DNA of 64,000 nucleotides from Planctomycetota bacterium (GTDB lineage: Bacteria; Planctomycetota; UBA8108; UBA1146), in NCBI GenBank assembly GCA_018694835.1, contig JABHOG010000015.1, positions 7,362 to 71,361 of the forward strand, read 5' to 3'. Positions within the stretch are counted from its first letter, which is position 1; each line of letters starts with the position of its first letter. The translations under genes were made by a program, and so were the position numbers. Below, piece after piece: positions 36,220-45,919 of this stretch. The notes below the pieces were generated by a model. The model saw only the letters and a list, made by a program, of their open reading frames with translations, ran no database searches and was not told the DNA's origin.

Positions 36220-37431
36220 CTAGGGTTGATCCGGGTGTGTCTGGGCACGTATCGGCCGGTGCTGCACCGAGGATGTTCCTCGTTGCAGTCCATCCGGATG
36301 GATCACCTCGACCGGTTTGCGTGCAAAGGAAATGACGACTCCGATTCCCATCAAGGTCACCACAATGGAAGTTCCGCCGAAGGAGATGAGGGGCAGTGGC
36401 ATACCGGTCACAGGTAACAGCCCGACCGTCACCGCCTGGTTGATGATGGCCTGCATTCCAATCTGAGTCGCCACACCCACAGCCACCAGCCGCCCGAAGG
36501 GATCGCGACAATTCCAGGCGACGCCCAGCATCGTCAACACCAGTACCAGGAATCCCAGCAGCACGGAGATGGTGCCAACCAGACCCCACTCTTCTCCAAT
36601 GACCGAGAATATGAAGTCGTTGTGATCCTCCGGCAAGTAGCCGAGATCGTGGTGACTGCCCAGGTGCAGGCCGCGCCCAGTCGGGCCGCCACTACCGATG
36701 GCGATGATCGATTGAGCCACCTGGTAACCACCAGCGGATTCCAGAGCGACTTCGCCAATTCCAAGATAGCTTTTGATTCGATCCTGCTGGTAATTAGTCA
36801 GTAGCGGCCAGCCGCAGCTACTCACCAACAGCAATGCGGTGACACCGAGAGCGATGAATTTTCGAGTGCTGATACCGCCAACCCAGAACATCGCAGCGAT
36901 GGTCGGAGCCAGGATCAAGGCTGTTCCAAGATCAGGCTGAGCCGCAATCATCAGAAAGGGGAGAGCGGCCATCGCCAGAACCTTGAGGAGACTCTTCCAC
37001 TGACGCAGGCGTTCGCCATTGCGAAGAAGTTGCGCGACCAGCAGGATGGTGGAGATCTTTGCCAACTCCGATGGCTGGAGACCAAATCCGCCGATTCGTA
37101 TCCAACGAACTACCCCTCCTTGGGCCCACTTCCACAGTAGTAGTAGTCCCAACAGACCTATGGTTCCCCAGAAGAATGCCGCCGAGTACTTCTCGAACTG
37201 CTTCGAAGGGATGCAGGAGAACGCCAACATCCCGGCCAGACCGACCAGTATTTTTTTCATGTGACTGCTGGAATAGGGGCCAGGAAATCCACCTTCAGGT
37301 CCATCTGCAGCGCTATGCACAAATATGGTACCGATGACCAACAACAACCCGGTGGTCAGGAGTAACAGCAAGGCAGGACCGATCCAGCCCTCCTTCCAGT
37401 CTCGGAGCCACGACTGGATCAGTGAAATCAT
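36220..37431 (-). CDS. rodA: Rod shape-determining protein RodA (SEDS/FtsW-RodA family)
   Basis: Polytopic membrane protein, SEDS motifs. Follows mrdA with overlapping stop/start (ATG at 37431). Confidence 0.88.
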   Translation of the reverse strand: MISLIQSWLRDWKEGWIGPALLLLLTTGLLLVIGTIFVHSAADGPEGGFPGPYSSSHMKKILVGLAGMLAFSCIPSKQFEKYSAAFFWGTIGLLGLLLLWKWAQGGVVRWIRIGGFGLQPSELAKISTILLVAQLLRNGERLRQWKSLLKVLAMAALPFLMIAAQPDLGTALILAPTIAAMFWVGGISTRKFIALGVTALLLVSSCGWPLLTNYQQDRIKSYLGIGEVALESAGGYQVAQSIIAIGSGGPTGRGLHLGSHHDLGYLPEDHNDFIFSVIGEEWGLVGTISVLLGFLVLVLTMLGVAWNCRDPFGRLVAVGVATQIGMQAIINQAVTVGLLPVTGMPLPLISFGGTSIVVTLMGIGVVISFARKPVEVIHPDGLQRGTSSVQHRPIRAQTHPDQP

Positions 37432-39527
37432 CGGGACAGATCCCATCCACGTTGCTGCTCGAGCCGGTTGAGTATCTCGGAAAGGATAGGAGCGCATGCT
37501 TCACCACCTCCGAGAGCGACCTGTTGCACCGAAATCGCAAACGCTACTTTTGGCTGGACTACCGGTGCGAAACCGATCAACCAGGCATCATTAAGTGGCG
37601 ATTGTCCTCGCTTTGCTGTGCCCGTCTTGACAGCGACATCGTAAGTAGTCAATCCGTAGGATGGCTTGAATGCGGTCCCACCTCGGTCTCTGACAGCCGA
37701 CACCATTCCATCGATCACAGTTTCGAAGTGTTTCTGATCGATATCTGGTGCGGTCGATTCCCCGATGATCCCATCGATGATGCGGATTCCAGGTCCCTGG
37801 CCGCGACAGGCGATGGTGAGTGCGATCCTCGCCATTTGCAGAGGAGTGGTGGTAAAGCCACGACCGATGGCTGTCCCTGTCGGATTGGTGACGGGACGGA
37901 TGCCTGCCGATTCAGAAGCGATTCCACAGCCAGAGTTTCTCCATAATCCCAACTGCTCGCCACAGGCGACGATTCCTTCCACACCGAGACGTTGGCCCAT
38001 GGTGTAGAAAAAGACATTACAAGATCGCGCCAGTGCTGCAGAGAGATTCAACTCTATGCCGTGAGGGTGATTGTTGCAGCGATTTCTATTCGTCTGAGAC
38101 GGGTCGAGAATTCCGTTACAAAGGATCTTCTCATCCGCTGTGACGACTCCAGCCTGCAAGGCTGCCAGTGCCACCACTGTCTTGAATGTAGAGCCTGGGT
38201 CGATCGCCCACGCGCTGACGCGGTCGTGAAACCAGCCAGACTTCGATTGGCTTCTTTCGTCATATAGAGCTCGATCTCGATAGACTTCCATCCCCTGTGC
38301 CGGTAGGGAAGTCCAGCCGATCGCAGAACCATCGTCGACTTCCAGGATCACCACGGCTCCAAAATCGATGTCTCTTGAAACCAACAGATCTTGGCACCAG
38401 CGACTCAATGCGAAATCGACCGACAATTTGACGTCATCCCCGGCGCGAGCCCGAGCCACATGTAACGGATCCCCGACCGATCGCCGGAGATGGTCGAGGA
38501 TTCGCACCTCGGCTCCCGGTTGCCCACGGAGTCGCTGCTCCAGCACCGACTCCAGGCCGCTGCGACCCACTTGATCGGCGCTGTGATGGGAGAATTCTTG
38601 CAGGACCTCAAAGACTCGGAGGTCCCTGAGAACCAAACGATCGATGACGGGTTCGTCACGCTGCTTCCAACGATCCAGAACAGCCTGTGATGGCAATCCT
38701 GTGTGACCGAGAAGTTGCCCGAGGAAGGATCCGCCAGGATGCTCTCGATTCCGCACTTCTTCGAGATGGATTCCCGGCCAGTTCTCCGGATCGGTGCTGA
38801 TCTTGACGACAAGATGCGCTGGGACCGCATCTTGTAACGGGTGTCGCTGGTGCCGAAAAATCCACTCTCGCTCCTGGATGTCTCGCTCGGGATCTTGTAC
38901 CAGAGCATAGGCCTGTTCGACCTTATCCCACAGAGTACCTCGCTCCAGCTCGAGTTCTCGTTCCATCCTTCGAATCCCGATCTCCCCTGCAAACAACAGG
39001 TTGGGATCGATATAAATCGTGTAATCGTGGCCCTCATCGGTGACCACCACTCCTGGATAATCCTCCGGTCTCAATCGAACGGCACGTGCGACCTCCTGGC
39101 CGGTTTTCTGGTCGAGTTTGCGAAGCCATGGATGGTTCGCCATCTCTTCGACGATACCGAACTGGTGGCGTAATGAGGAACGTGCCCCTTGAAGTGAGTT
39201 CCACAGTGCCGCTTCATCCCACGGAAACTTGGAGTTCACTCCATGAACTTTTTTGGCCAGTCGCCTGGCCACCCAGCGCACTGGTTCCAGTTCAGAGAGA
39301 AGGAAGGAAGCTCGAACCACCGGGATATCGCACGCCAGGACGATTCCACGAGAATCGAGAATCCGCCCACGAGGGGCGGGGAAGTAACGAATCGATCGAT
39401 GCATGCTGGAAGCTCGAAGAGCGTGCTCACGCCACTCTAGACCCTGCAACACCACTAACCTCGACCCGATTCCTGCGGTCAGCAGGATCAGCAGGGTTGC
39501 GATGAACAGAATCCGAACTCGTTGCAT
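37428..39527 (-). CDS. mrdA: Penicillin-binding protein 2 (elongasome transpeptidase)
   Basis: N-terminal TM, dimerisation domain, transpeptidase motifs STFK (GSTFKTVVALAAL) and KTGTA. Confidence 0.93.
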   Translation of the reverse strand: MQRVRILFIATLLILLTAGIGSRLVVLQGLEWREHALRASSMHRSIRYFPAPRGRILDSRGIVLACDIPVVRASFLLSELEPVRWVARRLAKKVHGVNSKFPWDEAALWNSLQGARSSLRHQFGIVEEMANHPWLRKLDQKTGQEVARAVRLRPEDYPGVVVTDEGHDYTIYIDPNLLFAGEIGIRRMERELELERGTLWDKVEQAYALVQDPERDIQEREWIFRHQRHPLQDAVPAHLVVKISTDPENWPGIHLEEVRNREHPGGSFLGQLLGHTGLPSQAVLDRWKQRDEPVIDRLVLRDLRVFEVLQEFSHHSADQVGRSGLESVLEQRLRGQPGAEVRILDHLRRSVGDPLHVARARAGDDVKLSVDFALSRWCQDLLVSRDIDFGAVVILEVDDGSAIGWTSLPAQGMEVYRDRALYDERSQSKSGWFHDRVSAWAIDPGSTFKTVVALAALQAGVVTADEKILCNGILDPSQTNRNRCNNHPHGIELNLSAALARSCNVFFYTMGQRLGVEGIVACGEQLGLWRNSGCGIASESAGIRPVTNPTGTAIGRGFTTTPLQMARIALTIACRGQGPGIRIIDGIIGESTAPDIDQKHFETVIDGMVSAVRDRGGTAFKPSYGLTTYDVAVKTGTAKRGQSPLNDAWLIGFAPVVQPKVAFAISVQQVALGGGEACAPILSEILNRLEQQRGWDLSR

Positions 39528-39548
39528 GGATACCTTTCAAAACAAAAA

Positions 39549-40028
39549 TCAAAGGGGGAATCGAGCACTTCGCAACAGTGGGGTGGTCAGATCCAGTACT
39601 GGAAATAACAACGCTACGAAAAGTGCCACAACCCAACAACTCTGAAACACAAAACTGATCGTAGGAAGGTTGCCCGCCAGAACGAACTCCTGAAGGACTG
39701 CCCCCAACAGCAGCGCTGGAATCACAATCTGGAACCGTTTCCATGGATGATATGGATCCAACAACTGTCGTAACCCACGAACCGCAATCAGCACCAACAG
39801 GAGTGGAGCCAGCACTTCCAGAGGGGTAGAAATCCCACCGTACAAACGGTAGATACAGATGACTGAGAGAACCACGACGATTCTCGGCCAGCGATCGACC
39901 AGTGCAAACCAGACCAGCAGGATCAACAACGGATCCGCCACTGCAGCGGTTTTCACCATGAGCGGTCGAAAGGCCCCGGTGGTAAAGATGGTCAATACCA
40001 GGATGATGGTGAACCAACCCACCTTCAT
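39549..40028 (-). CDS. mreD: Rod shape-determining protein MreD
   Basis: 159-aa polytopic membrane protein. ATG overlaps mreC stop (ATGA). Position between mreC and mrdA. Confidence 0.75.
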   Translation of the reverse strand: MKVGWFTIILVLTIFTTGAFRPLMVKTAAVADPLLILLVWFALVDRWPRIVVVLSVICIYRLYGGISTPLEVLAPLLLVLIAVRGLRQLLDPYHPWKRFQIVIPALLLGAVLQEFVLAGNLPTISFVFQSCWVVALFVALLFPVLDLTTPLLRSARFPL

Positions 40029-40735
40029 CGCGTATCCAATCGGGTCATTGGAGTCAGGATCAAAACTTCCTGTCCTTGATGAAGAGTGGAGGTGGGTCGA
40101 ATCACGGTGTCGCGAAATGGGATTCTCACTTCAGAGACGATCCCGACCACCAGTCCTTCCGGAAAGGTGCCGCCTCCTCCATGGGTTCTGACGACCATAC
40201 TCTTGTCCAACTTTACCGGGTCGATTCTCAAGCGAGGATGACCCTGGCCGCGATCGGGCCCGCCGGCGTAGATAGCCAATCGACCATCTTCATCGATAAA
40301 GGGGATGACGAAGGCTGGATCGTCCGCCAGTTGAACGAGGCTCCAACCCGGTCCGGTGGAGATGATCTTGCCGATTACCCCTGCCGCCCCAATCACACCC
40401 ATTCCTGCAGTCAGGCCCGTCTCTGATCCACGATCAAGACGTGCCACCGATCTTCGTGGATGCGGATCATTGTGCGGACTCATTCGCGCTGGAACCAGTT
40501 GGAAGAGAGATCCTACGAAATTCGCAGAAAGGAAACGATCGAGTAAACCCTGGCGATCGAGTATTGCCAGTTCCTCTGTCTCGGAAATGAGGGAGTGTTG
40601 AAGCGCTTGCTCCAGCAGTTGACGGTGAACATCTACTGATCCAGAGGAAGAAACGAGTGGCTGAAGTCCGTAGCCGATCAAGGCGAGGACTAACCAGCAA
40701 CCGATCGCCCAGTAAGCGCGCTCGATGCGCTTCAC
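40025..40735 (-). CDS. mreC: Rod shape-determining protein MreC
   Basis: N-terminal TM, coiled coil, C-terminal beta-domain GLVVGIVSEV typical of MreC. Confidence 0.85.
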   Translation of the reverse strand: MKRIERAYWAIGCWLVLALIGYGLQPLVSSSGSVDVHRQLLEQALQHSLISETEELAILDRQGLLDRFLSANFVGSLFQLVPARMSPHNDPHPRRSVARLDRGSETGLTAGMGVIGAAGVIGKIISTGPGWSLVQLADDPAFVIPFIDEDGRLAIYAGGPDRGQGHPRLRIDPVKLDKSMVVRTHGGGGTFPEGLVVGIVSEVRIPFRDTVIRPTSTLHQGQEVLILTPMTRLDTR

Positions 40736-40767
40736 ATCACTCCCGTTCGATTCCGTCGAGGCGGATT

Positions 40768-41814
40768 CTAGAAATCGTCCTCGATGGAGTCGAGGACAGA
40801 AGAATACTCATCTAGTTTTTCCAGAAAAATTGCCGTCCCTCTGGCAACACAGGTTAATGGGTCGTCAGCAACGCGGACAGGCAATCCGGTAGCCTTACGG
40901 ATCTTCTCATCGAGTCCTCGTAGCAGGACTCCTCCGCCACAAAGTACGATTCCACGCTCGACCAGATCTGCACACAACTCGGGATCCGTTTTCTCAAGTG
41001 AGGATTTGATCCCTTCGATAATCTGGTCCACCGGAGGTTGGAGCGCCTCGCGAATTTCTTCGCTGGTGATCCGGGTACTGCGCGGAAGGTTGCCGATCAA
41101 ATCTCGACCTTTGACCTCCATCTCGAGTTCAACTTCGAGTGGGTACGCCGATCCGATCTTGATCTTGATCTGCTCCGAAGTCAGTGGCCCGACCAGAATG
41201 TTATAGGTGTCTTTGATGTACTTGACGATCGCCTCGTCCATATCGTCACCTGCGACTCGCAGCGAAACACTGGTCACGACATCCGCCAGCGAGAGCACGG
41301 CGATCTCTGTGGTTCCGCCACCGACATCGACCACCATGCTGGCGATCGGCTCCTCGATGGGAAGCCCTGCACCGAGTCCTGCTGCGCGAGGCTCTTCGAC
41401 CAGGTAGACCTTCCTGGCTCCAGCCCGTTCGGCAGAATTGTAAACCGCACGTTTCTCGACTGCAGTGATGCCGCTGGGAACAGCGATGACCACGCGGGGG
41501 CTGAAGAAGCGAGATCGATTCTGAACCTTCCTGATGAAGTACTTCAACATCGCTTCGGTGATCTCAAAATCTGCGATCACACCGTCTCGAAGAGGTCTCA
41601 CGGCTTCGATGGAGGTGGGGGTTCTTCCCATCATCTCCTTGGCGACACTACCGACCGCTCGCCCATTGAGGAGAACCTGGTTGCTGCCGGCCTTGACCGC
41701 CACTACCGAAGGCTCATTGATGACGATTCCACGCCCACGAACACATACCAGTGTGTTGGCAGTTCCAAGATCAATCCCTAGATCGGTGGAAAACCGACCC
41801 ACCAGGGAGTTCAT
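40768..41814 (-). CDS. mreB: Rod shape-determining protein MreB
   Basis: ATG 41814 gives MNSLVGRFSTDLGIDLGTANTLV... (longest ORF from TTG 41841). MreB motifs VVAVK, IVINEP, GGGTTE. Confidence 0.95.
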   Translation of the reverse strand: MNSLVGRFSTDLGIDLGTANTLVCVRGRGIVINEPSVVAVKAGSNQVLLNGRAVGSVAKEMMGRTPTSIEAVRPLRDGVIADFEITEAMLKYFIRKVQNRSRFFSPRVVIAVPSGITAVEKRAVYNSAERAGARKVYLVEEPRAAGLGAGLPIEEPIASMVVDVGGGTTEIAVLSLADVVTSVSLRVAGDDMDEAIVKYIKDTYNILVGPLTSEQIKIKIGSAYPLEVELEMEVKGRDLIGNLPRSTRITSEEIREALQPPVDQIIEGIKSSLEKTDPELCADLVERGIVLCGGGVLLRGLDEKIRKATGLPVRVADDPLTCVARGTAIFLEKLDEYSSVLDSIEDDF

Positions 41815-41906
41815 CCAAGTGTGTGCTGTTCGAAATACCAAGAGTTATACTCCTCGCCCATCTCCGCAGTGAACGGTCTCACCAATTCTGCGGAAACGAT
41901 TCCCCT

Positions 41907-41993
41907 TGAGGACCACGGTCCTCAATCTTGATTGAACTCTTGTGAAGTGCAGATGCGCCTTCCGGGCGATCCTTCCACGGTATTGCACCGTGG
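41907..41993 (-). promoter_or_regulatory. mreB leader with two palindromes sharing a CCACGG core
   Basis: TTGAGGACC ac GGTCCTCAA (41907-41926) and CCACGGT attgc ACCGTGG (41975-41993), within the roughly 290-nt region between the upstream terminator and the mreB start. Confidence 0.3.
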
Positions 41994-42106
41994 ACAAGAG
42001 TTCGTTGCTGCTCCATAGGGCATTCTACGCAGGGTTTCTCTGAGAGGCGAGGGGAGACTGAAAAGAACCGTGACCAGTTCCCAGACTCCGGGGTGCTTCC
42101 GCCTGT

Positions 42107-42141
42107 GAAAAAAGGCCTGCTTCCCGAACGGGAAGCAGGCC
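42107..42141 (-). terminator. Intrinsic terminator after the small TM gene (minus strand)
   Basis: Minus-strand hairpin GGCCTGCTTCCC gttc GGGAAGCAGGCC followed by TTTTTTCAC. Confidence 0.65.
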
Positions 42142-42193
42142 TTAATTCGAAGTCAACAATTCGAAGTCATCCACACGGCACTGGATCCGGTGA

Positions 42194-42436
42194 TTACCCT
42201 TCATCCGGGAGTTCAACTCCCGCGAGCAGGGCATTGGCCTTATCTGTGGTGTGCTTCAGTGCTGTATTTTCCCACGATTTCGCACTGGTGGTGGCGGTCT
42301 TGCCTGGAATCGTTAACTCCCGCAAGCGCATCCCCAGCAGAGTCGAAGCCAGGATCAGACAAACCACCGAAATGGCCAGCAAACTGGTCGCCAGTGGGCT
42401 TGCATCCTTGCGTTCTACGATCGGTTGATCATACAT
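42194..42436 (-). CDS. Hypothetical small single-TM protein
   Basis: 80 aa, ATG. TM LATSLLAISVVCLILASTLLGM. Immediately downstream of the coiled-coil gene and upstream of the terminator. Confidence 0.5.
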   Translation of the reverse strand: MYDQPIVERKDASPLATSLLAISVVCLILASTLLGMRLRELTIPGKTATTSAKSWENTALKHTTDKANALLAGVELPDEG

Positions 42437-42448
42437 GTGAGCCCCTTC

Positions 42449-43387
42449 CTAACCGGACAGACGTGTCGAGGCCTTGTGTCCCTCACGAATGCCGGAGCCC
42501 TCCTGGAACAGGATGGTGCAACCGGACATATCGTCAAGAACCTTGGTGACCTGGACTTTGCCAATGAAGCGATCGCCATCGTAAATGGTGAACTCATAGC
42601 CGATCTCGACGTTATCGTCTTTACCGACCGAGAGGACCACGACCCCTTCCTGAACACCGACGACCATTCCGTCGATCGGAGGCGCTGTGGTCACTCCGAT
42701 ATCGGGAAGACGGACACCGGAGTCGACAATCCGGGAGATCAGAAGCTGTTGATCATCATAATCTTGCTTGAGCGCAGTCAGCTCCTTGTTGAGAGCTTCC
42801 GTCTGCTGAGCCAGTTGCTCCTTGTCGAGCAAAGCACGGTTGCGTAGACGCTCCGCCAACTTCTTTGCTTCTCCTGCGGAGTCGATTTCACTGCTAAGGC
42901 GAGTGATCTCTTCCTCGAGGCGAGCGATATTGGAATCCTTGTCCTGGATATGCTCATCCTTCTGGGAGATCCGGGAATCCAGATCGTCGATTTTGGTCTC
43001 GAGCCTCGCGGTATCCTTGCGAAGATCCCCATTGTCGTTCTGAAGAGTAGTCACCTGGGTACCGAGTTGCTCGGCTTCACTCTTCAGCGACACGTTGTCG
43101 CGACTCTTACTATCGAGTTGCCCTTGCAACTCACTCTTCATCGTCTTGGCCTTGCTGAAAGTCTCTTCATGAGCCTGTTGGGCTTTCTCGGCGGCACCTT
43201 TCCAGTCCTTCTGGGACTGGAACAAGGTTGCACTGACACCGAGGAAAAAGAGTGCAAGGACGAGATTGATCACCACGAAAAACTTGGCGAGCCCACTCAT
43301 CTCCAGTTCCTTCCGTTCGGGATGATCCTTGGAGTTCCGGAACTGTTCCGAAATGACCGCTGGATCGGCGGGGATACCGCCTCCCAT
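42449..43387 (-). CDS. Hypothetical membrane-anchored coiled-coil protein with C-terminal beta-rich domain
   Basis: N-terminal TM LAKFFVVINLVLALFFLGV (alternative ATG about 43300 gives MSGLAKFF...). About 180 aa of heptad-rich Gln/Glu/Lys/Leu sequence, then a beta-domain (GMVVGVQEGVVVLSVGKDDNVEIGYEFTIYDGDRFIGKVQVTKV). By hand I could not reconcile one nucleotide near 43318 with the track frame. The track is trusted. Confidence 0.65.
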   Translation of the reverse strand: MGGGIPADPAVISEQFRNSKDHPERKELEMSGLAKFFVVINLVLALFFLGVSATLFQSQKDWKGAAEKAQQAHEETFSKAKTMKSELQGQLDSKSRDNVSLKSEAEQLGTQVTTLQNDNGDLRKDTARLETKIDDLDSRISQKDEHIQDKDSNIARLEEEITRLSSEIDSAGEAKKLAERLRNRALLDKEQLAQQTEALNKELTALKQDYDDQQLLISRIVDSGVRLPDIGVTTAPPIDGMVVGVQEGVVVLSVGKDDNVEIGYEFTIYDGDRFIGKVQVTKVLDDMSGCTILFQEGSGIREGHKASTRLSG

Positions 43388-43838
43388 AACACATCTCCTC
43401 GATCGCTAGCCCGTCTCCCCGAGGCTTACGATGATTTTCAGATCACCGTTCGACGACCGATTTGAGTATTCCATTAATTTGACGAACAGTCCCGGCATTG
43501 ATCACCGCGACTCTTCCACAACTGGCAAATCTGCTTTCAGATCTGACTCCCGACCTCAAACCGTTCTTCACTTGAGCCTCCTCCGGGAGAGAGGAAGCGA
43601 TCGATAGAACCTGCCACTGACATTCCACTGACATCGGTTCCATCGCAAGCGAGCAAGCGATTGGATTCCAAGTGGGACATGATATCTGTCTCTTTCCGGG
43701 GGGTCAAGTTCCCCCGAGACAGCTTCCGAGCAGATTTGATTCGACCCAGCCCGGCTTCCCGGACCTCCTCTGGTGCTCCAGATCGGTGGCGAACGGCCCC
43801 CCTCTCCCGTAGCATTCCCGCGAGGCAGGAGGGTCTCC

Positions 43839-44465
43839 GTGTTTACTGGAATCGTCGAGCGTAGCTCCAGAATTCTCAATTTGACCACCACCCCACAGGG
43901 ACGGCGGTTGACTGTCAGTTCTCGCCCAGAAACCTCCACCAGTGGGGATCTGTCGCCGTGGGGAGATCTGGTCCCTGGGGAGAGTATCAGTGTCGACGGG
44001 GCTTGCCTGACCCTGTTACCCGAGGCCAAAGAACTCCAGTTCGACGTGGTGGAGGAGACGCTGCGGCGCACCGTCCTCGGCACCAGAGTGGTCGATTCCG
44101 TCGTCAATCTGGAGCGAGCCTTGAAGGTGGGGGATCGACTGGGAGGCCATTATGTCACTGGCCACATCGACACCCTGGGTACCATCCGCTCCATCCAGTC
44201 GGATGGGGAGACCTGCTGGATTATCGAACACGATCGATCTTCACGATTTCGTACCGTCGAAAAGGGTTCCGTGACCGTCGATGGGGTCAGTTTGACCGTC
44301 GCCAGTAGTAGCGACGACTCCTTCTCCGTGGCGTTGATTCCTCATACTCTCGCGGTCACCTCCCTCGGCCAACGTGACGTGGGGGATGTGGTCAATCTCG
44401 AGATGGACCATTTCGGCCGCTGGGTCGATGAATTGCACCGTGATCGACAGGGAGACTCCTCATGA
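43839..44465 (+). CDS. ribE: Riboflavin synthase (alpha subunit)
   Basis: GTG 43839 with aggagg SD 8 nt upstream gives VFTGIVE... start. Two lumazine-binding repeats (GESISVDGACLTL / GSVTVDGVSLTV). Confidence 0.9.
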   Translation: MFTGIVERSSRILNLTTTPQGRRLTVSSRPETSTSGDLSPWGDLVPGESISVDGACLTLLPEAKELQFDVVEETLRRTVLGTRVVDSVVNLERALKVGDRLGGHYVTGHIDTLGTIRSIQSDGETCWIIEHDRSSRFRTVEKGSVTVDGVSLTVASSSDDSFSVALIPHTLAVTSLGQRDVGDVVNLEMDHFGRWVDELHRDRQGDSS

Positions 44466-45919
44466 CCGATGGCTCCGTCAGAGCACGCATTGCTCCTAGC
44501 CCCACCGGAGATCCCCATGTGGGAACCGCTTACGTGGCACTGTTCAATCGCACTCTGGCACGTCAGACCGGAGGCCAGTTCCTGCTGCGCATCGATGACA
44601 CTGATCGCACCCGCTATCAGGCCAGTAGCGAGCAGAAGATCTTCGATGCCTTGCGCTGGCTCGGCCTCGACTGGGATGAAGGACCGGACATCGGTGGTCC
44701 CTGTGCTCCCTATCGCCAGAGTGAGCGTAACGCCATCTACCAGCAAAAGGTCGATCACCTGCTGGAGAGTGGCAGTGCCTATCGCTGCTTTTGCAGCGCA
44801 GAAACTCTTGCCAAGGCGCGGGAAAAGCAGAAACAGGACAAGATGCGACTGGGCTATCCTGGGACCTGTCGTGATCTGGATCGGGTCGAGGCCAACCAGA
44901 GAGCTGCCAAAGATGAGCCTCATGTCATCCGTTTGCGAGTTCCGGCGGAGGGAGAGACCTCCTTCGTCGATCAGATTCGTGGAGAGATTCGCGTCGCCAA
45001 CTCCGAGATCGATGATCAGGTCCTGATCAAGACTGACGGATTCCCCACCTACCACCTGGCCAATGTGGTCGATGATATCGAATTCGGGATCACCCACGTG
45101 GTTCGAGCGGAGGAGTGGCTGATTTCGACTCCCAAACACGTGTTGATCTACCAGGCTCTGGATCACCCATTACCGAGGTTTTTCCATGTACCACTGCTGA
45201 GAAATGCCGATCATTCAAAGATCTCCAAACGCAAAAATCCGGTCAGCCTCGACTGGTTTCGTGAGCAGGGTTACCTGAAGGAGGCGATTCTCAATTTCCT
45301 CGCATTGATGGGTTGGTCACCCCCCGATGAAGAAGAGGTCTTTGACCTCGATCGATTCCAGCAAGAATTCAATATCGAAAAGATCTCTACCGGTGCTCCA
45401 GTCTTCGATCTGGTGAAACTGGACTGGATCAACGGAATGCACATCCGCAGGATGGAACCGCAGGTGTTGTTGAAGCGCCTTGCGGATGAAGGATTCCTCC
45501 CTCCAGCAGTGTCGCAAGAAGATGCAGCAACGATCTTGCCGCTGGTCACAGAAAGAATGGTGCGGCTGGCTGAATTCAGTGACCGAACCGACTGGTACTT
45601 CGGAGACCCAATAGCCCCCAGTTCCGACCAACTGATCCCCAAGAAGGGCACACGCGAGACTTCTCTCTGCGCCCTCGAAGGCTCTCGCGAGTTGTTTGCA
45701 GAGATTTCGCCATTCGAGCCCGCCGCCATCGAGGCGGCTCTCGCACAACTCCTCGACCAGCACTCATTGAAGAAACCGCAGTTGTTCATGCCGCTACGCT
45801 GGGCTTTGACCTCTCGGCAGGATTCACCCGATCTCATCGAGGTGATCGCTGTGCTTGGTAAGGATCGATCGATCGAGAGGATCCAGCGTGCTCTGGAGAT
45901 CCTGGTGACCGCTCCTTGA
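44462..45919 (+). CDS. gltX: Glutamyl-tRNA synthetase
   Basis: HIGH motif SPTGDPHVGTA, KMSKS as KISKRK. 485 aa (too long for GluQRS). Confidence 0.93.
   Translation: MTDGSVRARIAPSPTGDPHVGTAYVALFNRTLARQTGGQFLLRIDDTDRTRYQASSEQKIFDALRWLGLDWDEGPDIGGPCAPYRQSERNAIYQQKVDHLLESGSAYRCFCSAETLAKAREKQKQDKMRLGYPGTCRDLDRVEANQRAAKDEPHVIRLRVPAEGETSFVDQIRGEIRVANSEIDDQVLIKTDGFPTYHLANVVDDIEFGITHVVRAEEWLISTPKHVLIYQALDHPLPRFFHVPLLRNADHSKISKRKNPVSLDWFREQGYLKEAILNFLALMGWSPPDEEEVFDLDRFQQEFNIEKISTGAPVFDLVKLDWINGMHIRRMEPQVLLKRLADEGFLPPAVSQEDAATILPLVTERMVRLAEFSDRTDWYFGDPIAPSSDQLIPKKGTRETSLCALEGSRELFAEISPFEPAAIEAALAQLLDQHSLKKPQLFMPLRWALTSRQDSPDLIEVIAVLGKDRSIERIQRALEILVTAP

Noticed and set aside
35878-36589. ORFs 35878..36210(+) and 35897..36589(-) in the AT-rich intergenic segment
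   Set aside because: They have no motifs and odd composition. The strong terminator hairpin lies inside them, and the minus one runs into rodA. The region is better explained as non-coding.
42143-42169. Direct repeat AATTCGAAGTCA x2 just beyond the terminator of the coiled-coil operon
   Set aside because: It is short and isolated, and the overlapping plus ORF (42093..42428) looks spurious. Too little to call a feature.
43300-43330. Apparent one-nucleotide frameshift (run of G at about 43318-43321) inside the coiled-coil gene, and a similar 1-nt offset near 56653 when hand-indexing
   Set aside because: Both flanking long ORFs in the supplied track read straight through. This is most likely my own manual indexing error rather than a real frameshift, so track coordinates were kept.
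43388-43838. Possible FMN riboswitch upstream of ribE (the GGGGGGTCAAGTTCCCCCGAG segment looks superficially like the RFN P2/P3 region)
   Set aside because: The conserved RFN cores (GGGGCAGGGUGAAAUUCCC, ACCGGCGGUA, AGUCUGGAUG, AGAAG) are not present. ribE has its own GTG with a strong SD. Treated as an ordinary divergent promoter region.
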